NCBI GenBank assembly: GCA_000004985.1
Contig: GG738869.1
Reading direction: 5' to 3' (one strand)
DNA from: Naegleria gruberi
Taxonomy: Eukaryota
DNA: 64,000 nucleotides
Position numbers and translations under genes: made by a program
Notes under the pieces: generated by a model
What the model was told of the DNA's origin: nothing
Databases searched by the model: none
Seen by the model: only the letters and a program-made list of their open reading frames with translations
Part shown: positions 36,001-48,000 of the stretch, in pieces
Position numbering within the stretch: the stretch's first letter is position 1
Layout of the letters: the number at the start of each line of letters is the position of its first letter

Positions 36001-39000
36001 NNNNNNNNNNNNNNNNNNNNNNNNNNNNNNNNNNNNNNNNNNNNNNNNNNNNNNNNNNNNNNNNNNNNNNNNNNNNNNNNNNNNNNNNNNNNNNNNNNNN
36101 NNNNNNNNNNNNNNNNNNNNNNNNNNNNNNNNNNNNNNNNNNNNNNNNNNNNNNNNNNNNNNNNNNNNNNNNNNNNNNNNNNNNNNNNNNNNNNNNNNNN
36201 NNNNNNNNNNNNNNNNNNNNNNNNNNNNNNNNNNNNNNNNNNNNNNNNNNNNNNNNNNNNNNNNNNNNNNNNNNNNNNNNNNNNNNNNNNNNNNNNNNNN
36301 NNNNNNNNNNNNNNNNNNNNNNNNNNNNNNNNNNNNNNNNNNNNNNNNNNNNNNNNNNNNNNNNNNNNNNNNNNNNNNNNNNNNNNNNNNNNNNNNNNNN
36401 NNNNNNNNNNNNNNNNNNNNNNNNNNNNNNNNNNNNNNNNNNNNNNNNNNNNNNNNNNNNNNNNNNNNNNNNNNNNNNNNNNNNNNNNNNNNNNNNNNNN
36501 NNNNNNNNNNNNNNNNNNNNNNNNNNNNNNNNNNNNNNNNNNNNNNNNNNNNNNNNNNNNNNNNNNNNNNNNNNNNNNNNNNNNNNNNNNNNNNNNNNNN
36601 NNNNNNNNNNNNNNNNNNNNNNNNNNNNNNNNNNNNNNNNNNNNNNNNNNNNNNNNNNNNNNNNNNNNNNNNNNNNNNNNNNNNNNNNNNNNNNNNNNNN
36701 NNNNNNNNNNNNNNNNNNNNNNNNNNNNNNNNNNNNNNNNNNNNNNNNNNNNNNNNNNNNNNNNNNNNNNNNNNNNNNNNNNNNNNNNNNNNNNNNNNNN
36801 NNNNNNNNNNNNNNNNNNNNNNNNNNNNNNNNNNNNNNNNNNNNNNNNNNNNNNNNNNNNNNNNNNNNNNNNNNNNNNNNNNNNNNNNNNNNNNNNNNNN
36901 NNNNNNNNNNNNNNNNNNNNNNNNNNNNNNNNNNNNNNNNNNNNNNNNNNNNNNNNNNNNNNNNNNNNNNNNNNNNNNNNNNNNNNNNNNNNNNNNNNNN
37001 NNNNNNNNNNNNNNNNNNNNNNNNNNNNNNNNNNNNNNNNNNNNNNNNNNNNNNNNNNNNNNNNNNNNNNNNNNNNNNNNNNNNNNNNNNNNNNNNNNNN
37101 NNNNNNNNNNNNNNNNNNNNNNNNNNNNNNNNNNNNNNNNNNNNNNNNNNNNNNNNNNNNNNNNNNNNNNNNNNNNNNNNNNNNNNNNNNNNNNNNNNNN
37201 NNNNNNNNNNNNNNNNNNNNNNNNNNNNNNNNNNNNNNNNNNNNNNNNNNNNNNNNNNNNNNNNNNNNNNNNNNNNNNNNNNNNNNNNNNNNNNNNNNNN
37301 NNNNNNNNNNNNNNNNNNNNNNNNNNNNNNNNNNNNNNNNNNNNNNNNNNNNNNNNNNNNNNNNNNNNNNNNNNNNNNNNNNNNNNNNNNNNNNNNNNNN
37401 NNNNNNNNNNNNNNNNNNNNNNNNNNNNNNNNNNNNNNNNNNNNNNNNNNNNNNNNNNNNNNNNNNNNNNNNNNNNNNNNNNNNNNNNNNNNNNNNNNNN
37501 NNNNNNNNNNNNNNNNNNNNNNNNNNNNNNNNNNNNNNNNNNNNNNNNNNNNNNNNNNNNNNNNNNNNNNNNNNNNNNNNNNNNNNNNNNNNNNNNNNNN
37601 NNNNNNNNNNNNNNNNNNNNNNNNNNNNNNNNNNNNNNNNNNNNNNNNNNNNNNNNNNNNNNNNNNNNNNNNNNNNNNNNNNNNNNNNNNNNNNNNNNNN
37701 NNNNNNNNNNNNNNNNNNNNNNNNNNNNNNNNNNNNNNNNNNNNNNNNNNNNNNNNNNNNNNNNNNNNNNNNNNNNNNNNNNNNNNNNNNNNNNNNNNNN
37801 NNNNNNNNNNNNNNNNNNNNNNNNNNNNNNNNNNNNNNNNNNNNNNNNNNNNNNNNNNNNNNNNNNNNNNNNNNNNNNNNNNNNNNNNNNNNNNNNNNNN
37901 NNNNNNNNNNNNNNNNNNNNNNNNNNNNNNNNNNNNNNNNNNNNNNNNNNNNNNNNNNNNNNNNNNNNNNNNNNNNNNNNNNNNNNNNNNNNNNNNNNNN
38001 NNNNNNNNNNNNNNNNNNNNNNNNNNNNNNNNNNNNNNNNNNNNNNNNNNNNNNNNNNNNNNNNNNNNNNNNNNNNNNNNNNNNNNNNNNNNNNNNNNNN
38101 NNNNNNNNNNNNNNNNNNNNNNNNNNNNNNNNNNNNNNNNNNNNNNNNNNNNNNNNNNNNNNNNNNNNNNNNNNNNNNNNNNNNNNNNNNNNNNNNNNNN
38201 NNNNNNNNNNNNNNNNNNNNNNNNNNNNNNNNNNNNNNNNNNNNNNNNNNNNNNNNNNNNNNNNNNNNNNNNNNNNNNNNNNNNNNNNNNNNNNNNNNNN
38301 NNNNNNNNNNNNNNNNNNNNNNNNNNNNNNNNNNNNNNNNNNNNNNNNNNNNNNNNNNNNNNNNNNNNNNNNNNNNNNNNNNNNNNNNNNNNNNNNNNNN
38401 NNNNNNNNNNNNNNNNNNNNNNNNNNNNNNNNNNNNNNNNNNNNNNNNNNNNNNNNNNNNNNNNNNNNNNNNNNNNNNNNNNNNNNNNNNNNNNNNNNNN
38501 NNNNNNNNNNNNNNNNNNNNNNNNNNNNNNNNNNNNNNNNNNNNNNNNNNNNNNNNNNNNNNNNNNNNNNNNNNNNNNNNNNNNNNNNNNNNNNNNNNNN
38601 NNNNNNNNNNNNNNNNNNNNNNNNNNNNNNNNNNNNNNNNNNNNNNNNNNNNNNNNNNNNNNNNNNNNNNNNNNNNNNNNNNNNNNNNNNNNNNNNNNNN
38701 NNNNNNNNNNNNNNNNNNNNNNNNNNNNNNNNNNNNNNNNNNNNNNNNNNNNNNNNNNNNNNNNNNNNNNNNNNNNNNNNNNNNNNNNNNNNNNNNNNNN
38801 NNNNNNNNNNNNNNNNNNNNNNNNNNNNNNNNNNNNNNNNNNNNNNNNNNNNNNNNNNNNNNNNNNNNNNNNNNNNNNNNNNNNNNNNNNNNNNNNNNNN
38901 NNNNNNNNNNNNNNNNNNNNNNNNNNNNNNNNNNNNNNNNNNNNNNNNNNNNNNNNNNNNNNNNNNNNNNNNNNNNNNNNNNNNNNNNNNNNNNNNNNNN

Positions 39001-42000
39001 NNNNNNNNNNNNNNNNNNNNNNNNNNNNNNNNNNNNNNNNNNNNNNNNNNNNNNNNNNNNNNNNNNNNNNNNNNNNNNNNNNNNNNNNNNNNNNNNNNNN
39101 NNNNNNNNNNNNNNNNNNNNNNNNNNNNNNNNNNNNNNNNNNNNNNNNNNNNNNNNNNNNNNNNNNNNNNNNNNNNNNNNNNNNNNNNNNNNNNNNNNNN
39201 NNNNNNNNNNNNNNNNNNNNNNNNNNNNNNNNNNNNNNNNNNNNNNNNNNNNNNNNNNNNNNNNNNNNNNNNNNNNNNNNNNNNNNNNNNNNNNNNNNNN
39301 NNNNNNNNNNNNNNNNNNNNNNNNNNNNNNNNNNNNNNNNNNNNNNNNNNNNNNNNNNNNNNNNNNNNNNNNNNNNNNNNNNNNNNNNNNNNNNNNNNNN
39401 NNNNNNNNNNNNNNNNNNNNNNNNNNNNNNNNNNNNNNNNNNNNNNNNNNNNNNNNNNNNNNNNNNNNNNNNNNNNNNNNNNNNNNNNNNNNNNNNNNNN
39501 NNNNNNNNNNNNNNNNNNNNNNNNNNNNNNNNNNNNNNNNNNNNNNNNNNNNNNNNNNNNNNNNNNNNNNNNNNNNNNNNNNNNNNNNNNNNNNNNNNNN
39601 NNNNNNNNNNNNNNNNNNNNNNNNNNNNNNNNNNNNNNNNNNNNNNNNNNNNNNNNNNNNNNNNNNNNNNNNNNNNNNNNNNNNNNNNNNNNNNNNNNNN
39701 NNNNNNNNNNNNNNNNNNNNNNNNNNNNNNNNNNNNNNNNNNNNNNNNNNNNNNNNNNNNNNNNNNNNNNNNNNNNNNNNNNNNNNNNNNNNNNNNNNNN
39801 NNNNNNNNNNNNNNNNNNNNNNNNNNNNNNNNNNNNNNNNNNNNNNNNNNNNNNNNNNNNNNNNNNNNNNNNNNNNNNNNNNNNNNNNNNNNNNNNNNNN
39901 NNNNNNNNNNNNNNNNNNNNNNNNNNNNNNNNNNNNNNNNNNNNNNNNNNNNNNNNNNNNNNNNNNNNNNNNNNNNNNNNNNNNNNNNNNNNNNNNNNNN
40001 NNNNNNNNNNNNNNNNNNNNNNNNNNNNNNNNNNNNNNNNNNNNNNNNNNNNNNNNNNNNNNNNNNNNNNNNNNNNNNNNNNNNNNNNNNNNNNNNNNNN
40101 NNNNNNNNNNNNNNNNNNNNNNNNNNNNNNNNNNNNNNNNNNNNNNNNNNNNNNNNNNNNNNNNNNNNNNNNNNNNNNNNNNNNNNNNNNNNNNNNNNNN
40201 NNNNNNNNNNNNNNNNNNNNNNNNNNNNNNNNNNNNNNNNNNNNNNNNNNNNNNNNNNNNNNNNNNNNNNNNNNNNNNNNNNNNNNNNNNNNNNNNNNNN
40301 NNNNNNNNNNNNNNNNNNNNNNNNNNNNNNNNNNNNNNNNNNNNNNNNNNNNNNNNNNNNNNNNNNNNNNNNNNNNNNNNNNNNNNNNNNNNNNNNNNNN
40401 NNNNNNNNNNNNNNNNNNNNNNNNNNNNNNNNNNNNNNNNNNNNNNNNNNNNNNNNNNNNNNNNNNNNNNNNNNNNNNNNNNNNNNNNNNNNNNNNNNNN
40501 NNNNNNNNNNNNNNNNNNNNNNNNNNNNNNNNNNNNNNNNNNNNNNNNNNNNNNNNNNNNNNNNNNNNNNNNNNNNNNNNNNNNNNNNNNNNNNNNNNNN
40601 NNNNNNNNNNNNNNNNNNNNNNNNNNNNNNNNNNNNNNNNNNNNNNNNNNNNNNNNNNNNNNNNNNNNNNNNNNNNNNNNNNNNNNNNNNNNNNNNNNNN
40701 NNNNNNNNNNNNNNNNNNNNNNNNNNNNNNNNNNNNNNNNNNNNNNNNNNNNNNNNNNNNNNNNNNNNNNNNNNNNNNNNNNNNNNNNNNNNNNNNNNNN
40801 NNNNNNNNNNNNNNNNNNNNNNNNNNNNNNNNNNNNNNNNNNNNNNNNNNNNNNNNNNNNNNNNNNNNNNNNNNNNNNNNNNNNNNNNNNNNNNNNNNNN
40901 NNNNNNNNNNNNNNNNNNNNNNNNNNNNNNNNNNNNNNNNNNNNNNNNNNNNNNNNNNNNNNNNNNNNNNNNNNNNNNNNNNNNNNNNNNNNNNNNNNNN
41001 NNNNNNNNNNNNNNNNNNNNNNNNNNNNNNNNNNNNNNNNNNNNNNNNNNNNNNNNNNNNNNNNNNNNNNNNNNNNNNNNNNNNNNNNNNNNNNNNNNNN
41101 NNNNNNNNNNNNNNNNNNNNNNNNNNNNNNNNNNNNNNNNNNNNNNNNNNNNNNNNNNNNNNNNNNNNNNNNNNNNNNNNNNNNNNNNNNNNNNNNNNNN
41201 NNNNNNNNNNNNNNNNNNNNNNNNNNNNNNNNNNNNNNNNNNNNNNNNNNNNNNNNNNNNNNNNNNNNNNNNNNNNNNNNNNNNNNNNNNNNNNNNNNNN
41301 NNNNNNNNNNNNNNNNNNNNNNNNNNNNNNNNNNNNNNNNNNNNNNNNNNNNNNNNNNNNNNNNNNNNNNNNNNNNNNNNNNNNNNNNNNNNNNNNNNNN
41401 NNNNNNNNNNNNNNNNNNNNNNNNNNNNNNNNNNNNNNNNNNNNNNNNNNNNNNNNNNNNNNNNNNNNNNNNNNNNNNNNNNNNNNNNNNNNNNNNNNNN
41501 NNNNNNNNNNNNNNNNNNNNNNNNNNNNNNNNNNNNNNNNNNNNNNNNNNNNNNNNNNNNNNNNNNNNNNNNNNNNNNNNNNNNNNNNNNNNNNNNNNNN
41601 NNNNNNNNNNNNNNNNNNNNNNNNNNNNNNNNNNNNNNNNNNNNNNNNNNNNNNNNNNNNNNNNNNNNNNNNNNNNNNNNNNNNNNNNNNNNNNNNNNNN
41701 NNNNNNNNNNNNNNNNNNNNNNNNNNNNNNNNNNNNNNNNNNNNNNNNNNNNNNNNNNNNNNNNNNNNNNNNNNNNNNNNNNNNNNNNNNNNNNNNNNNN
41801 NNNNNNNNNNNNNNNNNNNNNNNNNNNNNNNNNNNNNNNNNNNNNNNNNNNNNNNNNNNNNNNNNNNNNNNNNNNNNNNNNNNNNNNNNNNNNNNNNNNN
41901 NNNNNNNNNNNNNNNNNNNNNNNNNNNNNNNNNNNNNNNNNNNNNNNNNNNNNNNNNNNNNNNNNNNNNNNNNNNNNNNNNNNNNNNNNNNNNNNNNNNN

Positions 42001-45000
42001 NNNNNNNNNNNNNNNNNNNNNNNNNNNNNNNNNNNNNNNNNNNNNNNNNNNNNNNNNNNNNNNNNNNNNNNNNNNNNNNNNNNNNNNNNNNNNNNNNNNN
42101 NNNNNNNNNNNNNNNNNNNNNNNNNNNNNNNNNNNNNNNNNNNNNNNNNNNNNNNNNNNNNNNNNNNNNNNNNNNNNNNNNNNNNNNNNNNNNNNNNNNN
42201 NNNNNNNNNNNNNNNNNNNNNNNNNNNNNNNNNNNNNNNNNNNNNNNNNNNNNNNNNNNNNNNNNNNNNNNNNNNNNNNNNNNNNNNNNNNNNNNNNNNN
42301 NNNNNNNNNNNNNNNNNNNNNNNNNNNNNNNNNNNNNNNNNNNNNNNNNNNNNNNNNNNNNNNNNNNNNNNNNNNNNNNNNNNNNNNNNNNNNNNNNNNN
42401 NNNNNNNNNNNNNNNNNNNNNNNNNNNNNNNNNNNNNNNNNNNNNNNNNNNNNNNNNNNNNNNNNNNNNNNNNNNNNNNNNNNNNNNNNNNNNNNNNNNN
42501 NNNNNNNNNNNNNNNNNNNNNNNNNNNNNNNNNNNNNNNNNNNNNNNNNNNNNNNNNNNNNNNNNNNNNNNNNNNNNNNNNNNNNNNNNNNNNNNNNNNN
42601 NNNNNNNNNNNNNNNNNNNNNNNNNNNNNNNNNNNNNNNNNNNNNNNNNNNNNNNNNNNNNNNNNNNNNNNNNNNNNNNNNNNNNNNNNNNNNNNNNNNN
42701 NNNNNNNNNNNNNNNNNNNNNNNNNNNNNNNNNNNNNNNNNNNNNNNNNNNNNNNNNNNNNNNNNNNNNNNNNNNNNNNNNNNNNNNNNNNNNNNNNNNN
42801 NNNNNNNNNNNNNNNNNNNNNNNNNNNNNNNNNNNNNNNNNNNNNNNNNNNNNNNNNNNNNNNNNNNNNNNNNNNNNNNNNNNNNNNNNNNNNNNNNNNN
42901 NNNNNNNNNNNNNNNNNNNNNNNNNNNNNNNNNNNNNNNNNNNNNNNNNNNNNNNNNNNNNNNNNNNNNNNNNNNNNNNNNNNNNNNNNNNNNNNNNNNN
43001 NNNNNNNNNNNNNNNNNNNNNNNNNNNNNNNNNNNNNNNNNNNNNNNNNNNNNNNNNNNNNNNNNNNNNNNNNNNNNNNNNNNNNNNNNNNNNNNNNNNN
43101 NNNNNNNNNNNNNNNNNNNNNNNNNNNNNNNNNNNNNNNNNNNNNNNNNNNNNNNNNNNNNNNNNNNNNNNNNNNNNNNNNNNNNNNNNNNNNNNNNNNN
43201 NNNNNNNNNNNNNNNNNNNNNNNNNNNNNNNNNNNNNNNNNNNNNNNNNNNNNNNNNNNNNNNNNNNNNNNNNNNNNNNNNNNNNNNNNNNNNNNNNNNN
43301 NNNNNNNNNNNNNNNNNNNNNNNNNNNNNNNNNNNNNNNNNNNNNNNNNNNNNNNNNNNNNNNNNNNNNNNNNNNNNNNNNNNNNNNNNNNNNNNNNNNN
43401 NNNNNNNNNNNNNNNNNNNNNNNNNNNNNNNNNNNNNNNNNNNNNNNNNNNNNNNNNNNNNNNNNNNNNNNNNNNNNNNNNNNNNNNNNNNNNNNNNNNN
43501 NNNNNNNNNNNNNNNNNNNNNNNNNNNNNNNNNNNNNNNNNNNNNNNNNNNNNNNNNNNNNNNNNNNNNNNNNNNNNNNNNNNNNNNNNNNNNNNNNNNN
43601 NNNNNNNNNNNNNNNNNNNNNNNNNNNNNNNNNNNNNNNNNNNNNNNNNNNNNNNNNNNNNNNNNNNNNNNNNNNNNNNNNNNNNNNNNNNNNNNNNNNN
43701 NNNNNNNNNNNNNNNNNNNNNNNNNNNNNNNNNNNNNNNNNNNNNNNNNNNNNNNNNNNNNNNNNNNNNNNNNNNNNNNNNNNNNNNNNNNNNNNNNNNN
43801 NNNNNNNNNNNNNNNNNNNNNNNNNNNNNNNNNNNNNNNNNNNNNNNNNNNNNNNNNNNNNNNNNNNNNNNNNNNNNNNNNNNNNNNNNNNNNNNNNNNN
43901 NNNNNNNNNNNNNNNNNNNNNNNNNNNNNNNNNNNNNNNNNNNNNNNNNNNNNNNNNNNNNNNNNNNNNNNNNNNNNNNNNNNNNNNNNNNNNNNNNNNN
44001 NNNNNNNNNNNNNNNNNNNNNNNNNNNNNNNNNNNNNNNNNNNNNNNNNNNNNNNNNNNNNNNNNNNNNNNNNNNNNNNNNNNNNNNNNNNNNNNNNNNN
44101 NNNNNNNNNNNNNNNNNNNNNNNNNNNNNNNNNNNNNNNNNNNNNNNNNNNNNNNNNNNNNNNNNNNNNNNNNNNNNNNNNNNNNNNNNNNNNNNNNNNN
44201 NNNNNNNNNNNNNNNNNNNNNNNNNNNNNNNNNNNNNNNNNNNNNNNNNNNNNNNNNNNNNNNNNNNNNNNNNNNNNNNNNNNNNNNNNNNNNNNNNNNN
44301 NNNNNNNNNNNNNNNNNNNNNNNNNNNNNNNNNNNNNNNNNNNNNNNNNNNNNNNNNNNNNNNNNNNNNNNNNNNNNNNNNNNNNNNNNNNNNNNNNNNN
44401 NNNNNNNNNNNNNNNNNNNNNNNNNNNNNNNNNNNNNNNNNNNNNNNNNNNNNNNNNNNNNNNNNNNNNNNNNNNNNNNNNNNNNNNNNNNNNNNNNNNN
44501 NNNNNNNNNNNNNNNNNNNNNNNNNNNNNNNNNNNNNNNNNNNNNNNNNNNNNNNNNNNNNNNNNNNNNNNNNNNNNNNNNNNNNNNNNNNNNNNNNNNN
44601 NNNNNNNNNNNNNNNNNNNNNNNNNNNNNNNNNNNNNNNNNNNNNNNNNNNNNNNNNNNNNNNNNNNNNNNNNNNNNNNNNNNNNNNNNNNNNNNNNNNN
44701 NNNNNNNNNNNNNNNNNNNNNNNNNNNNNNNNNNNNNNNNNNNNNNNNNNNNNNNNNNNNNNNNNNNNNNNNNNNNNNNNNNNNNNNNNNNNNNNNNNNN
44801 NNNNNNNNNNNNNNNNNNNNNNNNNNNNNNNNNNNNNNNNNNNNNNNNNNNNNNNNNNNNNNNNNNNNNNNNNNNNNNNNNNNNNNNNNNNNNNNNNNNN
44901 NNNNNNNNNNNNNNNNNNNNNNNNNNNNNNNNNNNNNNNNNNNNNNNNNNNNNNNNNNNNNNNNNNNNNNNNNNNNNNNNNNNNNNNNNNNNNNNNNNNN

Positions 45001-48000
45001 NNNNNNNNNNNNNNNNNNNNNNNNNNNNNNNNNNNNNNNNNNNNNNNNNNNNNNNNNNNNNNNNNNNNNNNNNNNNNNNNNNNNNNNNNNNNNNNNNNNN
45101 NNNNNNNNNNNNNNNNNNNNNNNNNNNNNNNNNNNNNNNNNNNNNNNNNNNNNNNNNNNNNNNNNNNNNNNNNNNNNNNNNNNNNNNNNNNNNNNNNNNN
45201 NNNNNNNNNNNNNNNNNNNNNNNNNNNNNNNNNNNNNNNNNNNNNNNNNNNNNNNNNNNNNNNNNNNNNNNNNNNNNNNNNNNNNNNNNNNNNNNNNNNN
45301 NNNNNNNNNNNNNNNNNNNNNNNNNNNNNNNNNNNNNNNNNNNNNNNNNNNNNNNNNNNNNNNNNNNNNNNNNNNNNNNNNNNNNNNNNNNNNNNNNNNN
45401 NNNNNNNNNNNNNNNNNNNNNNNNNNNNNNNNNNNNNNNNNNNNNNNNNNNNNNNNNNNNNNNNNNNNNNNNNNNNNNNNNNNNNNNNNNNNNNNNNNNN
45501 NNNNNNNNNNNNNNNNNNNNNNNNNNNNNNNNNNNNNNNNNNNNNNNNNNNNNNNNNNNNNNNNNNNNNNNNNNNNNNNNNNNNNNNNNNNNNNNNNNNN
45601 NNNNNNNNNNNNNNNNNNNNNNNNNNNNNNNNNNNNNNNNNNNNNNNNNNNNNNNNNNNNNNNNNNNNNNNNNNNNNNNNNNNNNNNNNNNNNNNNNNNN
45701 NNNNNNNNNNNNNNNNNNNNNNNNNNNNNNNNNNNNNNNNNNNNNNNNNNNNNNNNNNNNNNNNNNNNNNNNNNNNNNNNNNNNNNNNNNNNNNNNNNNN
45801 NNNNNNNNNNNNNNNNNNNNNNNNNNNNNNNNNNNNNNNNNNNNNNNNNNNNNNNNNNNNNNNNNNNNNNNNNNNNNNNNNNNNNNNNNNNNNNNNNNNN
45901 NNNNNNNNNNNNNNNNNNNNNNNNNNNNNNNNNNNNNNNNNNNNNNNNNNNNNNNNNNNNNNNNNNNNNNNNNNNNNNNNNNNNNNNNNNNNNNNNNNNN
46001 NNNNNNNNNNNNNNNNNNNNNNNNNNNNNNNNNNNNNNNNNNNNNNNNNNNNNNNNNNNNNNNNNNNNNNNNNNNNNNNNNNNNNNNNNNNNNNNNNNNN
46101 NNNNNNNNNNNNNNNNNNNNNNNNNNNNNNNNNNNNNNNNNNNNNNNNNNNNNNNNNNNNNNNNNNNNNNNNNNNNNNNNNNNNNNNNNNNNNNNNNNNN
46201 NNNNNNNNNNNNNNNNNNNNNNNNNNNNNNNNNNNNNNNNNNNNNNNNNNNNNNNNNNNNNNNNNNNNNNNNNNNNNNNNNNNNNNNNNNNNNNNNNNNN
46301 NNNNNNNNNNNNNNNNNNNNNNNNNNNNNNNNNNNNNNNNNNNNNNNNNNNNNNNNNNNNNNNNNNNNNNNNNNNNNNNNNNNNNNNNNNNNNNNNNNNN
46401 NNNNNNNNNNNNNNNNNNNNNNNNNNNNNNNNNNNNNNNNNNNNNNNNNNNNNNNNNNNNNNNNNNNNNNNNNNNNNNNNNNNNNNNNNNNNNNNNNNNN
46501 NNNNNNNNNNNNNNNNNNNNNNNNNNNNNNNNNNNNNNNNNNNNNNNNNNNNNNNNNNNNNNNNNNNNNNNNNNNNNNNNNNNNNNNNNNNNNNNNNNNN
46601 NNNNNNNNNNNNNNNNNNNNNNNNNNNNNNNNNNNNNNNNNNNNNNNNNNNNNNNNNNNNNNNNNNNNNNNNNNNNNNNNNNNNNNNNNNNNNNNNNNNN
46701 NNNNNNNNNNNNNNNNNNNNNNNNNNNNNNNNNNNNNNNNNNNNNNNNNNNNNNNNNNNNNNNNNNNNNNNNNNNNNNNNNNNNNNNNNNNNNNNNNNNN
46801 NNNNNNNNNNNNNNNNNNNNNNNNNNNNNNNNNNNNNNNNNNNNNNNNNNNNNNNNNNNNNNNNNNNNNNNNNNNNNNNNNNNNNNNNNNNNNNNNNNNN
46901 NNNNNNNNNNNNNNNNNNNNNNNNNNNNNNNNNNNNNNNNNNNNNNNNNNNNNNNNNNNNNNNNNNNNNNNNNNNNNNNNNNNNNNNNNNNNNNNNNNNN
47001 NNNNNNNNNNNNNNNNNNNNNNNNNNNNNNNNNNNNNNNNNNNNNNNNNNNNNNNNNNNNNNNNNNNNNNNNNNNNNNNNNNNNNNNNNNNNNNNNNNNN
47101 NNNNNNNNNNNNNNNNNNNNNNNNNNNNNNNNNNNNNNNNNNNNNNNNNNNNNNNNNNNNNNNNNNNNNNNNNNNNNNNNNNNNNNNNNNNNNNNNNNNN
47201 NNNNNNNNNNNNNNNNNNNNNNNNNNNNNNNNNNNNNNNNNNNNNNNNNNNNNNNNNNNNNNNNNNNNNNNNNNNNNNNNNNNNNNNNNNNNNNNNNNNN
47301 NNNNNNNNNNNNNNNNNNNNNNNNNNNNNNNNNNNNNNNNNNNNNNNNNNNNNNNNNNNNNNNNNNNNNNNNNNNNNNNNNNNNNNNNNNNNNNNNNNNN
47401 NNNNNNNNNNNNNNNNNNNNNNNNNNNNNNNNNNNNNNNNNNNNNNNNNNNNNNNNNNNNNNNNNNNNNNNNNNNNNNNNNNNNNNNNNNNNNNNNNNNN
47501 NNNNNNNNNNNNNNNNNNNNNNNNNNNNNNNNNNNNNNNNNNNNNNNNNNNNNNNNNNNNNNNNNNNNNNNNNNNNNNNNNNNNNNNNNNNNNNNNNNNN
47601 NNNNNNNNNNNNNNNNNNNNNNNNNNNNNNNNNNNNNNNNNNNNNNNNNNNNNNNNNNNNNNNNNNNNNNNNNNNNNNNNNNNNNNNNNNNNNNNNNNNN
47701 NNNNNNNNNNNNNNNNNNNNNNNNNNNNNNNNNNNNNNNNNNNNNNNNNNNNNNNNNNNNNNNNNNNNNNNNNNNNNNNNNNNNNNNNNNNNNNNNNNNN
47801 NNNNNNNNNNNNNNNNNNNNNNNNNNNNNNNNNNNNNNNNNNNNNNNNNNNNNNNNNNNNNNNNNNNNNNNNNNNNNNNNNNNNNNNNNNNNNNNNNNNN
47901 NNNNNNNNNNNNNNNNNNNNNNNNNNNNNNNNNNNNNNNNNNNNNNNNNNNNNNNNNNNNNNNNNNNNNNNNNNNNNNNNNNNNNNNNNNNNNNNNNNNN